64,000 nt of DNA from Patescibacteria group bacterium. GTDB lineage: Bacteria; Patescibacteriota; Patescibacteriia; Patescibacteriales; UBA12465. The notes beneath the pieces are model-generated. The model made no database searches and was not told where the DNA came from. It saw nothing but the letters and a program-made list of their open reading frames with translations. Positions 15,448 to 26,459 of the stretch are shown in pieces. The stretch covers positions 576-64,575 of the forward strand of contig JBAZZR010000001.1 of the NCBI GenBank assembly GCA_041658665.1. Reading direction: 5' to 3'. Both the position numbers and the translations under genes were made by a program. The number at the start of each line of letters is the position of its first letter. Position 1 is the stretch's first letter.

Positions 15448-16254
15448 ATGTTGATCACCAGTGAAATATTACCCTTGGATATAGTTTATCTCCAAGAAAT
15501 TCAAGCCTTTTGTTTAAAGGCTCGAGAATTGCGACGGTTAGTTGTTTACGGAGGAGTGCCCAGTTTATTGAGTTATGATTATTTAAACCAAACTTTGCCG
15601 CTCCCCGATCGAGCGATTAGACATATTAATGTCTCCGCGGAAGAGTGGCGGGAAACTTTAAAAGACGCTTGTTCTAAAGTAGCGAGCGTATTCCGTTCAC
15701 ATGATTTGAGCAATGCCGCCGTCTATTATTTGTGGCGAGCGGGGCTAGCTTTCTCATTCGGGTTTCAGGAAATTGGAATAGATAACCATTTTCATTTCGG
15801 TCTACGACGAAATGAAAAGAGACCGGAAGAAACCGAAGAGATATATTTACCGCTAGATCTAGACAGAGATCAGCTAAATAGATTCAGCCATCACATCATT
15901 GCCGATGTGATGTTAGCAACCGGCGGGTCTTTTGATACGATTATTCGGCGATTGTTAGCTTCAGGAGTTAGAGAAAAACAAATTACTTTAGTTTGTCTAA
16001 TTTCGGCGCCCGAAGGGATATACAATCTCCTTAAAGAGTATCCGCAAATAACGATTGTCGCCGGCGCGCTCGACGATCATTTAGACAGAAATGGCTATAT
16101 CGACCCTGGTTTAGGGGATGCGGGAGATTTAACGTTTGAAGATCTTCAAATAAAATGGTTTGATCCCGTTGAAAGGCTCTTCAAGGGTAAAGAATGGGAC
16201 TTGCTTAAACAAAAAATTCATCAAGCAAATCCAGCTTACCAGTTTAATCAGTAA
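15448..16254 (+). CDS. upp: Uracil phosphoribosyltransferase-like protein with divergent, extended N-terminus
   Basis: PRPP-binding loop ADVMLATGGS and YIDPGLGDAGD uracil-binding motif; Shine-Dalgarno GGAGAA; 268 aa versus ~210 typical. Confidence 0.7.
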   Translation: MLITSEILPLDIVYLQEIQAFCLKARELRRLVVYGGVPSLLSYDYLNQTLPLPDRAIRHINVSAEEWRETLKDACSKVASVFRSHDLSNAAVYYLWRAGLAFSFGFQEIGIDNHFHFGLRRNEKRPEETEEIYLPLDLDRDQLNRFSHHIIADVMLATGGSFDTIIRRLLASGVREKQITLVCLISAPEGIYNLLKEYPQITIVAGALDDHLDRNGYIDPGLGDAGDLTFEDLQIKWFDPVERLFKGKEWDLLKQKIHQANPAYQFNQ

Positions 16255-16501
16255 TTTTAATCATTCATTTCGGGCTCGACGTCGTATGTCGAGCCTCTTT
16301 TATTTGGTATTAATATGTTTTAATTTAGACTTGACTGATTTTTGTTTTATCTATAAACTATCAATACAATATAGAATCACCTATAAGAAAACTCTGAGAT
16401 TTAGCGGCTTATTGCTTAATATTAGCCAAGGTGGCTCAGAGACTCGAATTCATTCGGGTTAAATGAGCTTTTTTTATTGTAAAAAGCCATTTTATAAAAA
16501 T

Positions 16502-17773
16502 ATGGAAGATAAAAATTTAGAGATTACTGACGAGTTCGCTAAGTTACTCGAGAAAGATGATATTAAGATTCCTCAAGTTGGCGACATTGTTAAAGGAACA
16601 GTAGTTGCCGCCTCTAAGGCGGAAGTGATGTTAGATATTGACGGTGTCTTAATGGGGATTATTCGTGGTCCGGAATTATATAACGAAGTTGAGGAATTTT
16701 CTAATTTACAGCCCGGCGATGAAATAGAGGCCGCAGTCATTGACGCCGAGAATGAAAATGGTGAATTAGAATTATCTTTTCGTTTAGTCGGTCAAGAAAA
16801 AGCTTGGAATAAATTACGTCAGGCGCTTAAAGATAAAACTACGGTTAAAGTTAAAATCGTTGACGCTAATAAAGGCGGTCTTTTGAGTCGTTATTGTCAG
16901 ATCGATGGTTTCTTACCAGTATCACAATTAGCGCCAGAAAATTATCCGCGTATTTCCGGCGGTGATAAAAGTAAAATATTAGAAAAACTAAAATCTTTTG
17001 TCGGCCAGGAATTCGAAGTTACTGTTATTACTTTAAATGAAGAAGATAATAAGATTATTTTTAGCGAGAAAGACGTTTGGAATAAAAAGCAGAAACCAGC
17101 TCTTGATAAATATCATATTGGCATGCCGGTAGAAGGCCGAATTACGGCGATTACTAATTTCGGAGTTTTTGTGTCTTTCGGCGATAATATTGAAGGTTTA
17201 ATTCATATTTCCGAGTTAGCTTGGCAGAGAATAGATTCGCCGAGCGAGATGTATCGCGTCGGCGATAAGATCGCTGCCGAGATTATTTCTATCGACGGGG
17301 CTAAGGTTTTCTTAAGCGCTAAGAAATTATTAAAAGATCCTTGGCTAGAGGCGAGCGCGAAATATCAGATTGGCCAAGTTGTCGCCGGCACTATTTTAAA
17401 GATTAATCCCTTTGGTTTATTCGTTAAGCTCGATGAAGAAATCCACGGCTTAGCGCATGTCAGCCAATTAAATTTAGGGGCGAAAGAAAAAATTACGGAT
17501 TTATTCCAAATGGGAGGAGCCCAGGATTTTGAAGTGGTCAGTATTTCGCCTAATGAACATCGTTTAGGTTTGAAATTAGCTACCGATAAATCAAAAACGG
17601 AAACGGCGGAAGGAGAAAAAATCGCGAAGAAAGGGAAGGCCGCTGCCAAAAAAACTGAAACCGCCACTGATACCCCGGAAAAGACGGAGACGACGGAAGG
17701 AGAAAAAACCGAGGTAGTCGAGAAAAAAGTTAAGAAAGAAAAAAAAGTTAAGGCGGAAAAGGAAAATAAATAA
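16502..17773 (+). CDS. rpsA: 30S ribosomal protein S1 (four S1 domains) with Lys/Glu-rich C-terminal tail
   Basis: Repeated S1 OB-fold motifs (GDIVKGTV, GQEFEVTV, GMPVEGRITAITNFGVFV, GQVVAGTILKINPFGLFV). Start taken at the ATG at 16502. Confidence 0.85.
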   Translation: MEDKNLEITDEFAKLLEKDDIKIPQVGDIVKGTVVAASKAEVMLDIDGVLMGIIRGPELYNEVEEFSNLQPGDEIEAAVIDAENENGELELSFRLVGQEKAWNKLRQALKDKTTVKVKIVDANKGGLLSRYCQIDGFLPVSQLAPENYPRISGGDKSKILEKLKSFVGQEFEVTVITLNEEDNKIIFSEKDVWNKKQKPALDKYHIGMPVEGRITAITNFGVFVSFGDNIEGLIHISELAWQRIDSPSEMYRVGDKIAAEIISIDGAKVFLSAKKLLKDPWLEASAKYQIGQVVAGTILKINPFGLFVKLDEEIHGLAHVSQLNLGAKEKITDLFQMGGAQDFEVVSISPNEHRLGLKLATDKSKTETAEGEKIAKKGKAAAKKTETATDTPEKTETTEGEKTEVVEKKVKKEKKVKAEKENK

Positions 17774-17914
17774 TTAGGTTAATGGTTAATTCTATCAATA
17801 AAAATGCCCGCCGTTGCGGACATTTTTATTAAAAGTTACTTTTTATTGGTCGCTCGTTAAATTGCCAAGAAGCTAATTTAGGTTTATAATAAAGAAAAAA
17901 TAATTCTTATAGAC

Positions 17915-19741
17915 ATGAAAAAATTAATTAAAAATTTTTTGATTTTCTTTGCCGTTTTTTTGTTTTTAGCCGGGGTCTTCAGCTCTTTTTCGGGAACGCC
18001 GACGAAAATTGAAACAGTCGGCCTAGGAACTTTAATTAGTCAAATTAACGCCGAGCAAATCTCAGAAATTGTGGTTACTGGCAATAAGATCAATGTTAGT
18101 TTAAACGATGGAAAAAAAGAAATTATTCAGAAAGAGACGACGGAATCTTTTTCGTCTTTATTGGATAATTTTAAAATTGATCCGACGAAGATCGCGAAAT
18201 TAAAAATTAGTGTTAAGGACGAAAGTGGTTGGGATTATTGGTTGACGAATATTATTCCTTTCGCTTTGCCATTTTTATTAGCCGGCGTTTTAATCTTTTT
18301 TATGATGCGTGGTTTACAGGGAGCGAATTCCCGGGCGATGAGTTTTGGCCAATCGACTGCGAAAGATTTTACGCCGGACGCTAAAAATCGGGTGACTTTT
18401 AAAGACGTCGCCGGAGCGAAAGAGGCCAAGGAGGAGTTAAAAGAAATTGTCGAGTTTTTACGCTATCCGAAAAAATTTCATGAGCTCGGAGCGAAAATTC
18501 CGCGCGGTGTTTTATTATTAGGAGCGCCTGGCACCGGTAAGACTCTCCTCGCCCGTTCGGTGGCCGGCGAAGCGCAAGTGCCATTTTTTCATATGTCCGG
18601 CTCGGAATTTGTTGAGATGTTTGTCGGCGTCGGGGCGTCTCGAGTTCGTTCCTTATTTCAAAAAGCTAAAAAAAATGCTCCTTGTATTTTATTTATTGAC
18701 GAGATTGATGCGGTCGGTCGGCGACGCGGATCTGGTTTAGGCGGTAGTCATGACGAACGAGAGCAAACACTTAATCAGATTTTAGTCGAGATGGACGGCT
18801 TTGAGCCGACGCAAAATATTATTGTTATCGCGGCAACTAATCGTCCCGACGTTCTTGACCCGGCTTTACTACGACCGGGGCGTTTTGATCGTCGAGTGAC
18901 GATTGATTTACCGGACATGAAGGATCGAGAGGATATTTTAATTGTTCATTCGCGGCAAAAGCCACTAGCGAAAAATGTTAATCTTAGGACGATTGCCGAG
19001 AGATCGGCGGGTTTTTCTGGCGCGGATTTAGCTAATATTTTAAACGAAGCGGCGATTTTAGCCGCGCGACACGATCGCAAGGAAATAATTAATGAAGATT
19101 TATTTGAAGCGATTGAAAAGGTTATGATTGGTCCGGAACGAAAGAGCCGAGTAATTACGGATCAAGAAAAGAAAATTACCGCCTACCATGAAGCCGGGCA
19201 TGCTTTAGTCGCTCATTTTTTGCCGGGCGTAGACTCAGTTCATAAGATTTCTATTATTTCGCGCGGTAGCGCCGGCGGCTATACCTTAAAAGTCCCTTCG
19301 GAAGATCATCATATGCATGCTAAGTCAGAATTTATTTCAGAAATTGCGGTTCTCTTAGCCGGTCACTTAGTAGAAAAAACTATTTTTGGGGAAGTAACTA
19401 CGGGCGCCACTTCCGATTTACGCCGCGCGACGGCTTTAGCGCGTAGTCTCGTAACTGATTACGGCATGAGCGATAATCTCGGACCGCGTACTTATGGCGA
19501 AAAAGAGGAGATGATTTTTTTAGGACGCGAAATTCATGAACAGCGTGATTATAGTGAAAAAGTAGCGGAAAAAATTGATGAAGAAATTGTGAGCTTTATT
19601 CGTCAAGGCGAAGATAAGGCCGCGAAAATTATTAAGGATCAAAAAGATCAACTAGAAAAAATCGTGGCGGTTTTACTAGAAAAAGAAACAATTGAGAAAG
19701 AAGAATTTGAAATAATTGTCGGCCCTAAACCGGTTATTTAA
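17915..19741 (+). CDS. ftsH: ATP-dependent zinc metalloprotease FtsH
   Basis: Two TM helices, Walker A GAPGTGKT, SRH region, HEAGHA zinc motif. Confidence 0.95.
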   Translation: MKKLIKNFLIFFAVFLFLAGVFSSFSGTPTKIETVGLGTLISQINAEQISEIVVTGNKINVSLNDGKKEIIQKETTESFSSLLDNFKIDPTKIAKLKISVKDESGWDYWLTNIIPFALPFLLAGVLIFFMMRGLQGANSRAMSFGQSTAKDFTPDAKNRVTFKDVAGAKEAKEELKEIVEFLRYPKKFHELGAKIPRGVLLLGAPGTGKTLLARSVAGEAQVPFFHMSGSEFVEMFVGVGASRVRSLFQKAKKNAPCILFIDEIDAVGRRRGSGLGGSHDEREQTLNQILVEMDGFEPTQNIIVIAATNRPDVLDPALLRPGRFDRRVTIDLPDMKDREDILIVHSRQKPLAKNVNLRTIAERSAGFSGADLANILNEAAILAARHDRKEIINEDLFEAIEKVMIGPERKSRVITDQEKKITAYHEAGHALVAHFLPGVDSVHKISIISRGSAGGYTLKVPSEDHHMHAKSEFISEIAVLLAGHLVEKTIFGEVTTGATSDLRRATALARSLVTDYGMSDNLGPRTYGEKEEMIFLGREIHEQRDYSEKVAEKIDEEIVSFIRQGEDKAAKIIKDQKDQLEKIVAVLLEKETIEKEEFEIIVGPKPVI

Positions 19742-19804
19742 TTTGACTAATGTCGGTTTTAAGTTATACTACAAGAGAGATAATAAAATTATTAAAAAAA
19801 TAAT

Positions 19805-20005
19805 ATGGCTAATCCTAAAAAAAGAAAAACCCATAGTGCGACTCATAAGGGGCGTTCCCATTTAGCTTTAAAAAAGGTAGTTTTGAATAAATGCCCGAAG
19901 TGTGGCCAGGCGCTTAAACCGCATACGGCTTGTGTCGCTTGTGGATTTTATAAAGGGAAAACGGTCGTGGCGGTTAAAATAAAAGCGGCTAGTAAGAAAA
20001 AATAA
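19805..20005 (+). CDS. rpmF: 50S ribosomal protein L32
   Basis: MANPKKRKTHSATHKGRSH...CPKCG...CVACGFY, typical zinc-ribbon L32. Confidence 0.9.
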   Translation: MANPKKRKTHSATHKGRSHLALKKVVLNKCPKCGQALKPHTACVACGFYKGKTVVAVKIKAASKKK

Positions 20006-20010
20006 TAATT

Positions 20011-20556
20011 ATGTCTAATCGTCATTTGGCTCGAACAATCGCTCTGCAAACTTTATTTGCTTGGGATTTTAACGGTCAAAAAGATGGTGATATTGAACGT
20101 CTAATTGTTGATAATTTTGCTAATTTTGCGCCTAATTTTGATGATGGAGGCTTTGTGAAAAGTCTGGTTTGTGGTGTTCGAGATAATTTAGATACAATTA
20201 ATAAATATATTATTAAGTACGCGACCGAGTGGCCGCTCGATCAGATTACGACGATTGACCGCAATATTTTGCGTTTAGGAATTTATGAGTTACTTTATAC
20301 GGCCATTCCGCCTCGGGTCGCGATAAACGAAGCGATTGAGGTAGCTAAAAGTTTTGGTAGCGACGCTTCCGGGAAGTTTGTTAACGGTGTTTTAGGGGCT
20401 TTATATAATGATGAGCCGGAAATTCAGACTAGGGATAATAAAGAAGAAGTCGAAGCGGGAAAGAAAGAAGCGGCTGAGGTTAACGCTGCCGCGGCGGTCG
20501 AGTCTGATTCTAAAAATGCGCCGGAGTTATCTTCGAAAATAAACGCCGACGCTTAG
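20011..20556 (+). CDS. nusB: Transcription antitermination factor NusB with acidic/Ala-rich C-terminal extension
   Basis: RHLARTIALQTLFAWDF ... DRNILRLGIYEL ... INEAIEVAK. Confidence 0.85.
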   Translation: MSNRHLARTIALQTLFAWDFNGQKDGDIERLIVDNFANFAPNFDDGGFVKSLVCGVRDNLDTINKYIIKYATEWPLDQITTIDRNILRLGIYELLYTAIPPRVAINEAIEVAKSFGSDASGKFVNGVLGALYNDEPEIQTRDNKEEVEAGKKEAAEVNAAAAVESDSKNAPELSSKINADA

Positions 20557-20577
20557 CGAAGCGCGCGGAATTTTTAT

Positions 20578-21279
20578 ATGGTTAATAATACGGATTTTTT
20601 AAAATTACAGAAACGTTTAGGAGGAAAATTTAATGATGAGCTTCTCTTAAAACAAGCCTTGGTCCATCGTTCTTATTTAAACGAACACCCTGATTTTATT
20701 GTGGGGCATAATGAACGTTTAGAATTTTTAGGCGATGCCGTTTTAGAAATTGTGGTGACCGAATTTCTCTATCTTAATTTTACGGCTACTCCTGAAGGCG
20801 ATTTAACTAATTGGCGAGCGTCGCTAGTTAACGCGCGCATGCTTTATGAAATCGCCGGCGAATTAGAAATTGAAGATTGTCTTTATCTATCAAAAGGCGA
20901 AGCGCGGGATAAAAATAAAAAATCGCGACAATTTATTTTAGCGAATGCGGTGGAAGCGATTATCGGCGCCATGTATTTAGACCAGGGAATCGAAGCGGCG
21001 AAAAAATTTATTTTAAAAAATGTTATTTCTAAGCTTGATGATATTTTAAAAAATCAAACTTATCTCGATCCGAAATCTTATTTTCAAGAAAAGGCTCAGG
21101 AAATTAAAGGCGTCACGCCTCATTATCAAATTTTAGACGAGCATGGTCCGGATCATGCGAAAATTTTTACGGTTGGTCTTTATTTGGAGAGCGATTTAAT
21201 TACCACCGGCGTCGGCTCCTCGAAACAAGAGGCGCAAGTCGATGCCGCCGCGCGAGGCATTAAGAAAATGGTTTGGTAA
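20578..21279 (+). CDS. rnc: Ribonuclease III
   Basis: Signature NERLEFLGDAVL plus a C-terminal dsRBD. Confidence 0.95.
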   Translation: MVNNTDFLKLQKRLGGKFNDELLLKQALVHRSYLNEHPDFIVGHNERLEFLGDAVLEIVVTEFLYLNFTATPEGDLTNWRASLVNARMLYEIAGELEIEDCLYLSKGEARDKNKKSRQFILANAVEAIIGAMYLDQGIEAAKKFILKNVISKLDDILKNQTYLDPKSYFQEKAQEIKGVTPHYQILDEHGPDHAKIFTVGLYLESDLITTGVGSSKQEAQVDAAARGIKKMVW

Positions 21280-21285
21280 AAATAT

Positions 21286-22344
21286 ATGGATATCAACAAT
21301 CTCTTAAAATTAGCCGCGGAAAAACAGGCTTCCGATATTCATCTTTTAGTCGCTTATCCGCCGATTTTGCGGATCGACGGCGAACTGCATGATATTAATC
21401 AGATTGTTTCGGACGGAAACTTCGCGCCTTTAGCGGCTAGTGATTTAGAAGGATTTTTAGACGCGCTGTTAACTAAAGAACAAAAAACGCAATTTTTTGA
21501 TAAGCGAGATTTAGATTTAGGCTATCAAGTAGAGGCTTATCGTTACCGGGTTAACTTTGCTTTTGAGAAAAATAATATTGTCATCGTAGCGCGGGTAATT
21601 TCGGAAAAAAAACAGACGCTGCAAGATATTGGGATGCCGGCGGTAGTCGAAGAATTATTAAATTTGCCGCAGGGTTTTATTTTAGTCACTGGTCCGACGG
21701 GTTGCGGTAAGTCGACGACTCTGGCAGCCATGATTAATTACATTAATACTAATCGGAGTTGTAATATTGTGACGCTCGAGGATCCCGTCGAGTATGTTTT
21801 TACGCCGCTTAAATCAATCATCGTTCAAAGACAGCTCGGGACAGATATGCTTAGTTTTTCGGCCGGGCTGAAACATGTTTTGCGGCAAGACCCAAATATT
21901 ATTATGTTGGGCGAAATGCGTGATTTAGAAACAATTTCGACCGCGGTTACTTTAGCAGAAACCGGACATTTAGTTCTAGCGACTTTGCATACTTATAGCG
22001 CGGCGCAGACGATTGATCGGATTATTGATATTTTTCCGCCTTACCAGCAGGCGCAAATAAAATCACAGTTGTCGACGGTTTTATCGGCGGTTATTTCTCA
22101 GCGGCTTTTACCGCGGCTTAGCGGTGGCCGAGTAGCGGCGCGCGAAATTTTAATTAATAATGAAGCGATTGCCAATTTAATTAGAGAAGGGAAATCGGCG
22201 CAAGTGAAAAGTACGATTGAAACTAGTTCGGGGGTTGGCATGATTACTTTAGATCGGCATATTAAACAATTATTCCAAGCCGGTGAAATTAGTCGCGAAG
22301 TGGCGGAACGAAATATGGAGGACGCCCGCCTTTTAGATAATTAA
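21286..22344 (+). CDS. pilT: Type IV pilus retraction ATPase PilT
   Basis: Walker A GPTGCGKSTT, Asp box, Walker B, His box, and the AIANLIREGK PilT motif. Confidence 0.9.
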   Translation: MDINNLLKLAAEKQASDIHLLVAYPPILRIDGELHDINQIVSDGNFAPLAASDLEGFLDALLTKEQKTQFFDKRDLDLGYQVEAYRYRVNFAFEKNNIVIVARVISEKKQTLQDIGMPAVVEELLNLPQGFILVTGPTGCGKSTTLAAMINYINTNRSCNIVTLEDPVEYVFTPLKSIIVQRQLGTDMLSFSAGLKHVLRQDPNIIMLGEMRDLETISTAVTLAETGHLVLATLHTYSAAQTIDRIIDIFPPYQQAQIKSQLSTVLSAVISQRLLPRLSGGRVAAREILINNEAIANLIREGKSAQVKSTIETSSGVGMITLDRHIKQLFQAGEISREVAERNMEDARLLDN

Positions 22345-23828
22345 TCGTTTTTCAATTTATATAGATAAAAAGAGCCGCCGCTCATAGTCGGCGTTTGGTT
22401 AGCGCCTAGGAGAATTAGATCGCTATCGATTTTTTCTAGAGGCAGACAAGATAGAATTAAAAAATCTCGATTAGGAAAGAAGGCTAGCATCCTTTTTTTT
22501 GTTTCGGGGTAAAGAATCCGCGACCCCTCAACATATTTAGCATCCAGAGTCACAAAAGTCCCGTAGGCCTCTCTTTCTGGTTGCCAGAATGTTTTATTTG
22601 GTAAATAGGGTAGTAGAGAAATATTAACGAATGAGCTAAAAGAAGCGATCTCTTTTTTGTCTAAGCCAGTATTTTTTAGATAGGCCGCCATTTCTTGGCC
22701 GCCGGAAAAATTATAATGATAGTCTTGCCAATAAATAGTGGCGGCGATAATTATTCCCGGCATAAGAGCGAGACCGAAAATATAAGCGGCTATTTTTTTA
22801 TTTAGGAAAAAAGAGAATCTTGGCCGATTAGATAATTTTAAGGCGGCCGACGGTCCGGCTTGGTAATAATAATTTAGCCACCAGGAAAAAATTAAGAAAA
22901 TTAAGAAAAAGCCGTAGTGACGCAGACCGCCGTCGACTTTAAATAAAAAAATATAAATTAGCCAGGCGGCTGACGCCACGTAAAGAAGTAAAGGGATTTT
23001 TTTCTGGACTAGAGAAAAAAGTAAATAGCCGAGAATAATAATCGCTCCGCCGCCGATTAAATAAGACCAAGGACCGTAGAAATAGATTTCGCCGAAGGCT
23101 TGATTGCGGGGAATAAATATCGCTCCTAAAGAGGAAAAAAAGACGGAGAATTTTGGGGACATCAGTCCGGAGTGGAGTTGTCCGTAGTAGGGGATTATTT
23201 GTAAAAGAGCGCTAATTCCGGCGAGCGCTAAAATTATAGTCGCCGGAATTATTTTTTTGTTATTTATTTCTTTAGAGTAATCAATAATAAATAAGCCAGC
23301 GAGAATTAAAGCGGGCACGAAACTCAAGAGATTTGTTTGAAATAAAAGAGCGATTAGGACTGAGTAAAGGATCGGTTTTTTAAATCTCTCGGAGTATAAG
23401 GCGGCGACCAAAAAAAGAAAGAGTAAACTTAGGTTATAGTTGCGAGCAATGACGGCGTATTCATAGAGCGGATAATAGGAAAAAGCAAAAATAAATTTAA
23501 AAATTTTTGGCAGAGGCGAAAAGAATAAAAAAACAAAAATTAAACTGCCAGCGATCAGCCAGTGTAATAATCCTTGCGCTAAGATCGGCAGCCCTAATTT
23601 AATTAGCGACCAGTTGAGTAGGTGCCAAAGAGCCGGCGTTCCTTCATAAGGCATTTGTTTAAGTAGTTCGCCGAGGCCTAAATCGCGGGCAATGAGCCAA
23701 GCTTGAGCTTCATCACACCAAGGTTCGTGGTGTAAAACGCCTAAGAGCGTCAGAGCTAAATAGATTAAAAATGCTCCCCACAGCCAATAGTCGCGAAGAT
23801 TAGGATTTTGCAATTTCTTGATAATCAT
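22341..23828 (-). CDS. Polytopic membrane protein, GT-C/GT39-like glycosyltransferase fold (tentative)
   Basis: 495 aa with ~12 predicted TM helices. An early DEAQAW acidic-loop motif resembles ArnT/PMT-type enzymes. Overlaps the upstream gene by 29 nt. Confidence 0.55.
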   Translation of the reverse strand: MIIKKLQNPNLRDYWLWGAFLIYLALTLLGVLHHEPWCDEAQAWLIARDLGLGELLKQMPYEGTPALWHLLNWSLIKLGLPILAQGLLHWLIAGSLIFVFLFFSPLPKIFKFIFAFSYYPLYEYAVIARNYNLSLLFLFLVAALYSERFKKPILYSVLIALLFQTNLLSFVPALILAGLFIIDYSKEINNKKIIPATIILALAGISALLQIIPYYGQLHSGLMSPKFSVFFSSLGAIFIPRNQAFGEIYFYGPWSYLIGGGAIIILGYLLFSLVQKKIPLLLYVASAAWLIYIFLFKVDGGLRHYGFFLIFLIFSWWLNYYYQAGPSAALKLSNRPRFSFFLNKKIAAYIFGLALMPGIIIAATIYWQDYHYNFSGGQEMAAYLKNTGLDKKEIASFSSFVNISLLPYLPNKTFWQPEREAYGTFVTLDAKYVEGSRILYPETKKRMLAFFPNRDFLILSCLPLEKIDSDLILLGANQTPTMSGGSFYLYKLKND

Positions 23829-25395
23829 TTTCGGTATTAATTTGCCAGATATTAGTCTTATCTTTTTGTCCCGTTATAATATTATTGACGGCGGTCATCG
23901 CTGTTAGCATGGAATGATCCATATTATTATAACGATGCAGGCCGTTACGACCAATTAAAAAAAGATTCGCGAAACTGTTCAAATATTTTTGAATTTTCGG
24001 TAAGTCGCTATCAGCGGCCGAGTAAACAGGATAGGCTTGTCTTTGTCGGTATAAAGAGCCGGTTATAAAATCGTCCGGCGTCGCTAGACCAATAATTTTT
24101 AATTCCTGTTTAGCTAGGGCTATTAGATTTTCCTCAGTCATCTGCCATAGTTCGTCCCCTTGGGTACAAAAATACTCAGCGCTAATAAGAACTTTATCAC
24201 TTTCTTTTAAGAGCCAAGGACTAAAATTATTAAGAATACTTAAGCGTCCGATTTTGACATTCTTTTCTTGAACATAGAGCCAATTATCGGGGATAAGCTG
24301 GTTTTTTGTTTTAAGATTAGTTTGGTTTTTTTTCTGCAGTTGTTTGTAGACCAGGGTTACTAGAATTAAATCGCGGTACTGCAACTGCGCGGCGGCCTTT
24401 TTTATTTCTACGGGCGCCGTCGGCCAACTACCAATTAAATCTTGGAGCGAAGAGCTGGAAAAAAAATAATCACCTTGATAAGTCTCGGTCGCGCCCGTTG
24501 ATGTCTGTTGTGATTCTAAAGAGATAATTTTTTCTTCGGTTGTCGTTAATTTTGTGACGCGGGAATTTAATTTTATTTCGCCGCCTTTTTGGCGGATGAT
24601 TTCCGCTAGCGTTTCGTACATTTGGCCGGCGCCAAATTTAGGATATAGAAAACTATCGATTAAGCTAGTTTCGTGAGAATGATAGCCGGGCAGGAGGTTT
24701 TTTTTGATAGCCTCTTTGATAACTTTAGATACGGAGAGTCCTTTAATTCGTTGTTCGCCCCAGCTTTTAGGCATGTCCTGGCATTTTGTTCCCCAGACTT
24801 TTTCGGTATAACTTTGAAAAAATGTGGTGTAAAGTTCGCGGCCAAAACGGTTAATAAAAAAATCTTCGAGACTTATTTCCGGGCGACAAGGGAAAAGTCG
24901 AGCGAATAAATAGCTAATAATTATTTTAAAGATTTTTTTAAATCCTAAATTTTTTAGATTAGGGAGACTAAGTCTTAAGGGGTAGTCGAAGAATTTTTGA
25001 TTATGGATGATTCGCGTCAGACGATTTTTGAAAAGCATAACTCGGTCAACTTTTTCCGGATCAGGCGCGCCGGGTTTTTCTGATACTTTAATTATTCTTT
25101 CTAAGATTTTATCTTCGGCAGTGGGAAACCCTTGGCGCGGTAATATATCTTCCCAAAGTTTATTAATTAAAGGAGACTTAGAAAAAAAACGATGTGGCCC
25201 TAAGTCAAAACGCCAACCCTGGGAATTAATAGTTTTAGCCAGACCGCCGACTTGAGAGCTTTTTTCTAAAATTATAGGTTTAATATCGGTTTTAGTTAGG
25301 AGCTCATAAGCGGCGGTCAGTCCGGCTGGTCCCGCTCCGATAATAATCGCTTGTTTAGATTTTTGTTTTATCTCGTCTTTAATGGAAGGGGGCAT
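23800..25395 (-). CDS. FAD/NAD(P)-binding oxidoreductase (amine-oxidase/UDP-galactopyranose-mutase-like)
   Basis: N-terminal Rossmann dinucleotide motif [15 protein letters not shown]; 531 aa; apparently translationally coupled to the GT-C-like gene. Confidence 0.7.
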   Translation of the reverse strand: MPPSIKDEIKQKSKQAIIIGAGPAGLTAAYELLTKTDIKPIILEKSSQVGGLAKTINSQGWRFDLGPHRFFSKSPLINKLWEDILPRQGFPTAEDKILERIIKVSEKPGAPDPEKVDRVMLFKNRLTRIIHNQKFFDYPLRLSLPNLKNLGFKKIFKIIISYLFARLFPCRPEISLEDFFINRFGRELYTTFFQSYTEKVWGTKCQDMPKSWGEQRIKGLSVSKVIKEAIKKNLLPGYHSHETSLIDSFLYPKFGAGQMYETLAEIIRQKGGEIKLNSRVTKLTTTEEKIISLESQQTSTGATETYQGDYFFSSSSLQDLIGSWPTAPVEIKKAAAQLQYRDLILVTLVYKQLQKKNQTNLKTKNQLIPDNWLYVQEKNVKIGRLSILNNFSPWLLKESDKVLISAEYFCTQGDELWQMTEENLIALAKQELKIIGLATPDDFITGSLYRQRQAYPVYSAADSDLPKIQKYLNSFANLFLIGRNGLHRYNNMDHSMLTAMTAVNNIITGQKDKTNIWQINTENDYQEIAKS

Positions 25396-25539
25396 AGTTT
25401 ATTATATTAGGGGTTAGGTACCTGAATTTATTAAGAATTAGATTTTTAATTTACTATCATTATACCTTATTATTATTTTTAATAGAATTAAAGAAAAATT
25501 ATGTTAAAAATTAACCAAAATTAAGCGCTTTTTAAGCCC

Positions 25540-25567
25540 TTGACATTATTTTTAAAACCGTTATAAT
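25540..25567 (+). promoter_or_regulatory. Consensus promoter of the 23S-5S unit
   Basis: TTGACA (25540-25545), 16-nt spacer, TATAAT (25562-25567), ~280 nt upstream of the 23S helix 1. Confidence 0.6.
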
Positions 25568-25674
25568 TGGTATCAGTTTTAATAGGGCTATAAAAGCCGA
25601 AAAATATGCAAAAAAGATTAGGTGTTTTATTCCATAAGCGATTCTAATTAGTCTGCTATTTTGCGATTACTTAG

Positions 25675-25723
25675 AACCGCCTAAGCAGCGGTTTTTTTGC
25701 GCCCTATCGGTTCGTTAACAATT
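25675..25723 (+). promoter_or_regulatory. rRNA leader: boxB-like hairpin with T-run followed by a boxA-like antitermination element
   Basis: Hairpin AACCGC-CTAAGCA-GCGGTT plus T7 (25675-25698). Then GGTTCGTTAACAATT (25709-25723), compared with E. coli rrn boxA TGCTCTTTAACAATT. Confidence 0.5.
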
Positions 25724-26422
25724 CAGTTAAGTAAAGACATCAAAAATATAAAGAAAAGATCAATATCTGGATCCCTTATCTCAACTTTTTCGTCCGAGAC
25801 CGAGGGGCTGTAATCGGGATATTGAAAAACACGCTTTTGTAGCTTTAAAAATAAAAGCGTGGGAAAATCTCAGTAAGAGTATCTGGTGGATGCCTTGACA
25901 TAAGAAGACGATGAAGGACGTAGCAGCCTGCGATAAGCTGCGGTGAGGTGGCAAGCAACCTTTGACCCGCAGATCTCCGAATGGGGAAACCCCCTCTATT
26001 GAAGATAGAGGAAGCCAGACCTTTTAGGTCGGCTGGAAGACCCGGTGAACTGAAACATCTTAGTAGCCGGAGGAAAAGAAAATAAAAATCATTCCCTAAG
26101 TAGTGGCGAGCGAAAGGGGAGGAGTCTAAACCAAAATAACTGAGGAATTGGCTTAATTTATTAAGTTGATTCCAGACGGCTCTGGAGCCATATGTTTTTT
26201 CGGTGTTGCAAGATATTAGCGCCTGTTGCCAGATCAACGGGGCGAAGTAAAAAAAGTTGATTATTAGTTGAATGAGCTGGAAAGCTCGGCCAGAGACGGT
26301 GATAGCCCGGTAAGCGAAAATGATTAACTCTTCGTGGCTTTTGTTCTTAAGTAGGGCGGGACTCGTGAAATCCCGTTTGAAGCCAGGTCGACTATGACCT
26401 AAGACTAAATACTTCTTATGAT

Positions 26423-26459
<37 letters not shown>

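Noticed and set aside
25574-25700. Independent ~125-nt sRNA or 12-codon peptide (ATG at 25597) between the consensus promoter and the hairpin+T7
   Set aside because: The boxA-like element immediately downstream and the absence of any other promoter before the 23S make an rRNA antitermination leader the simpler reading. The mini-ORF has no Shine-Dalgarno.
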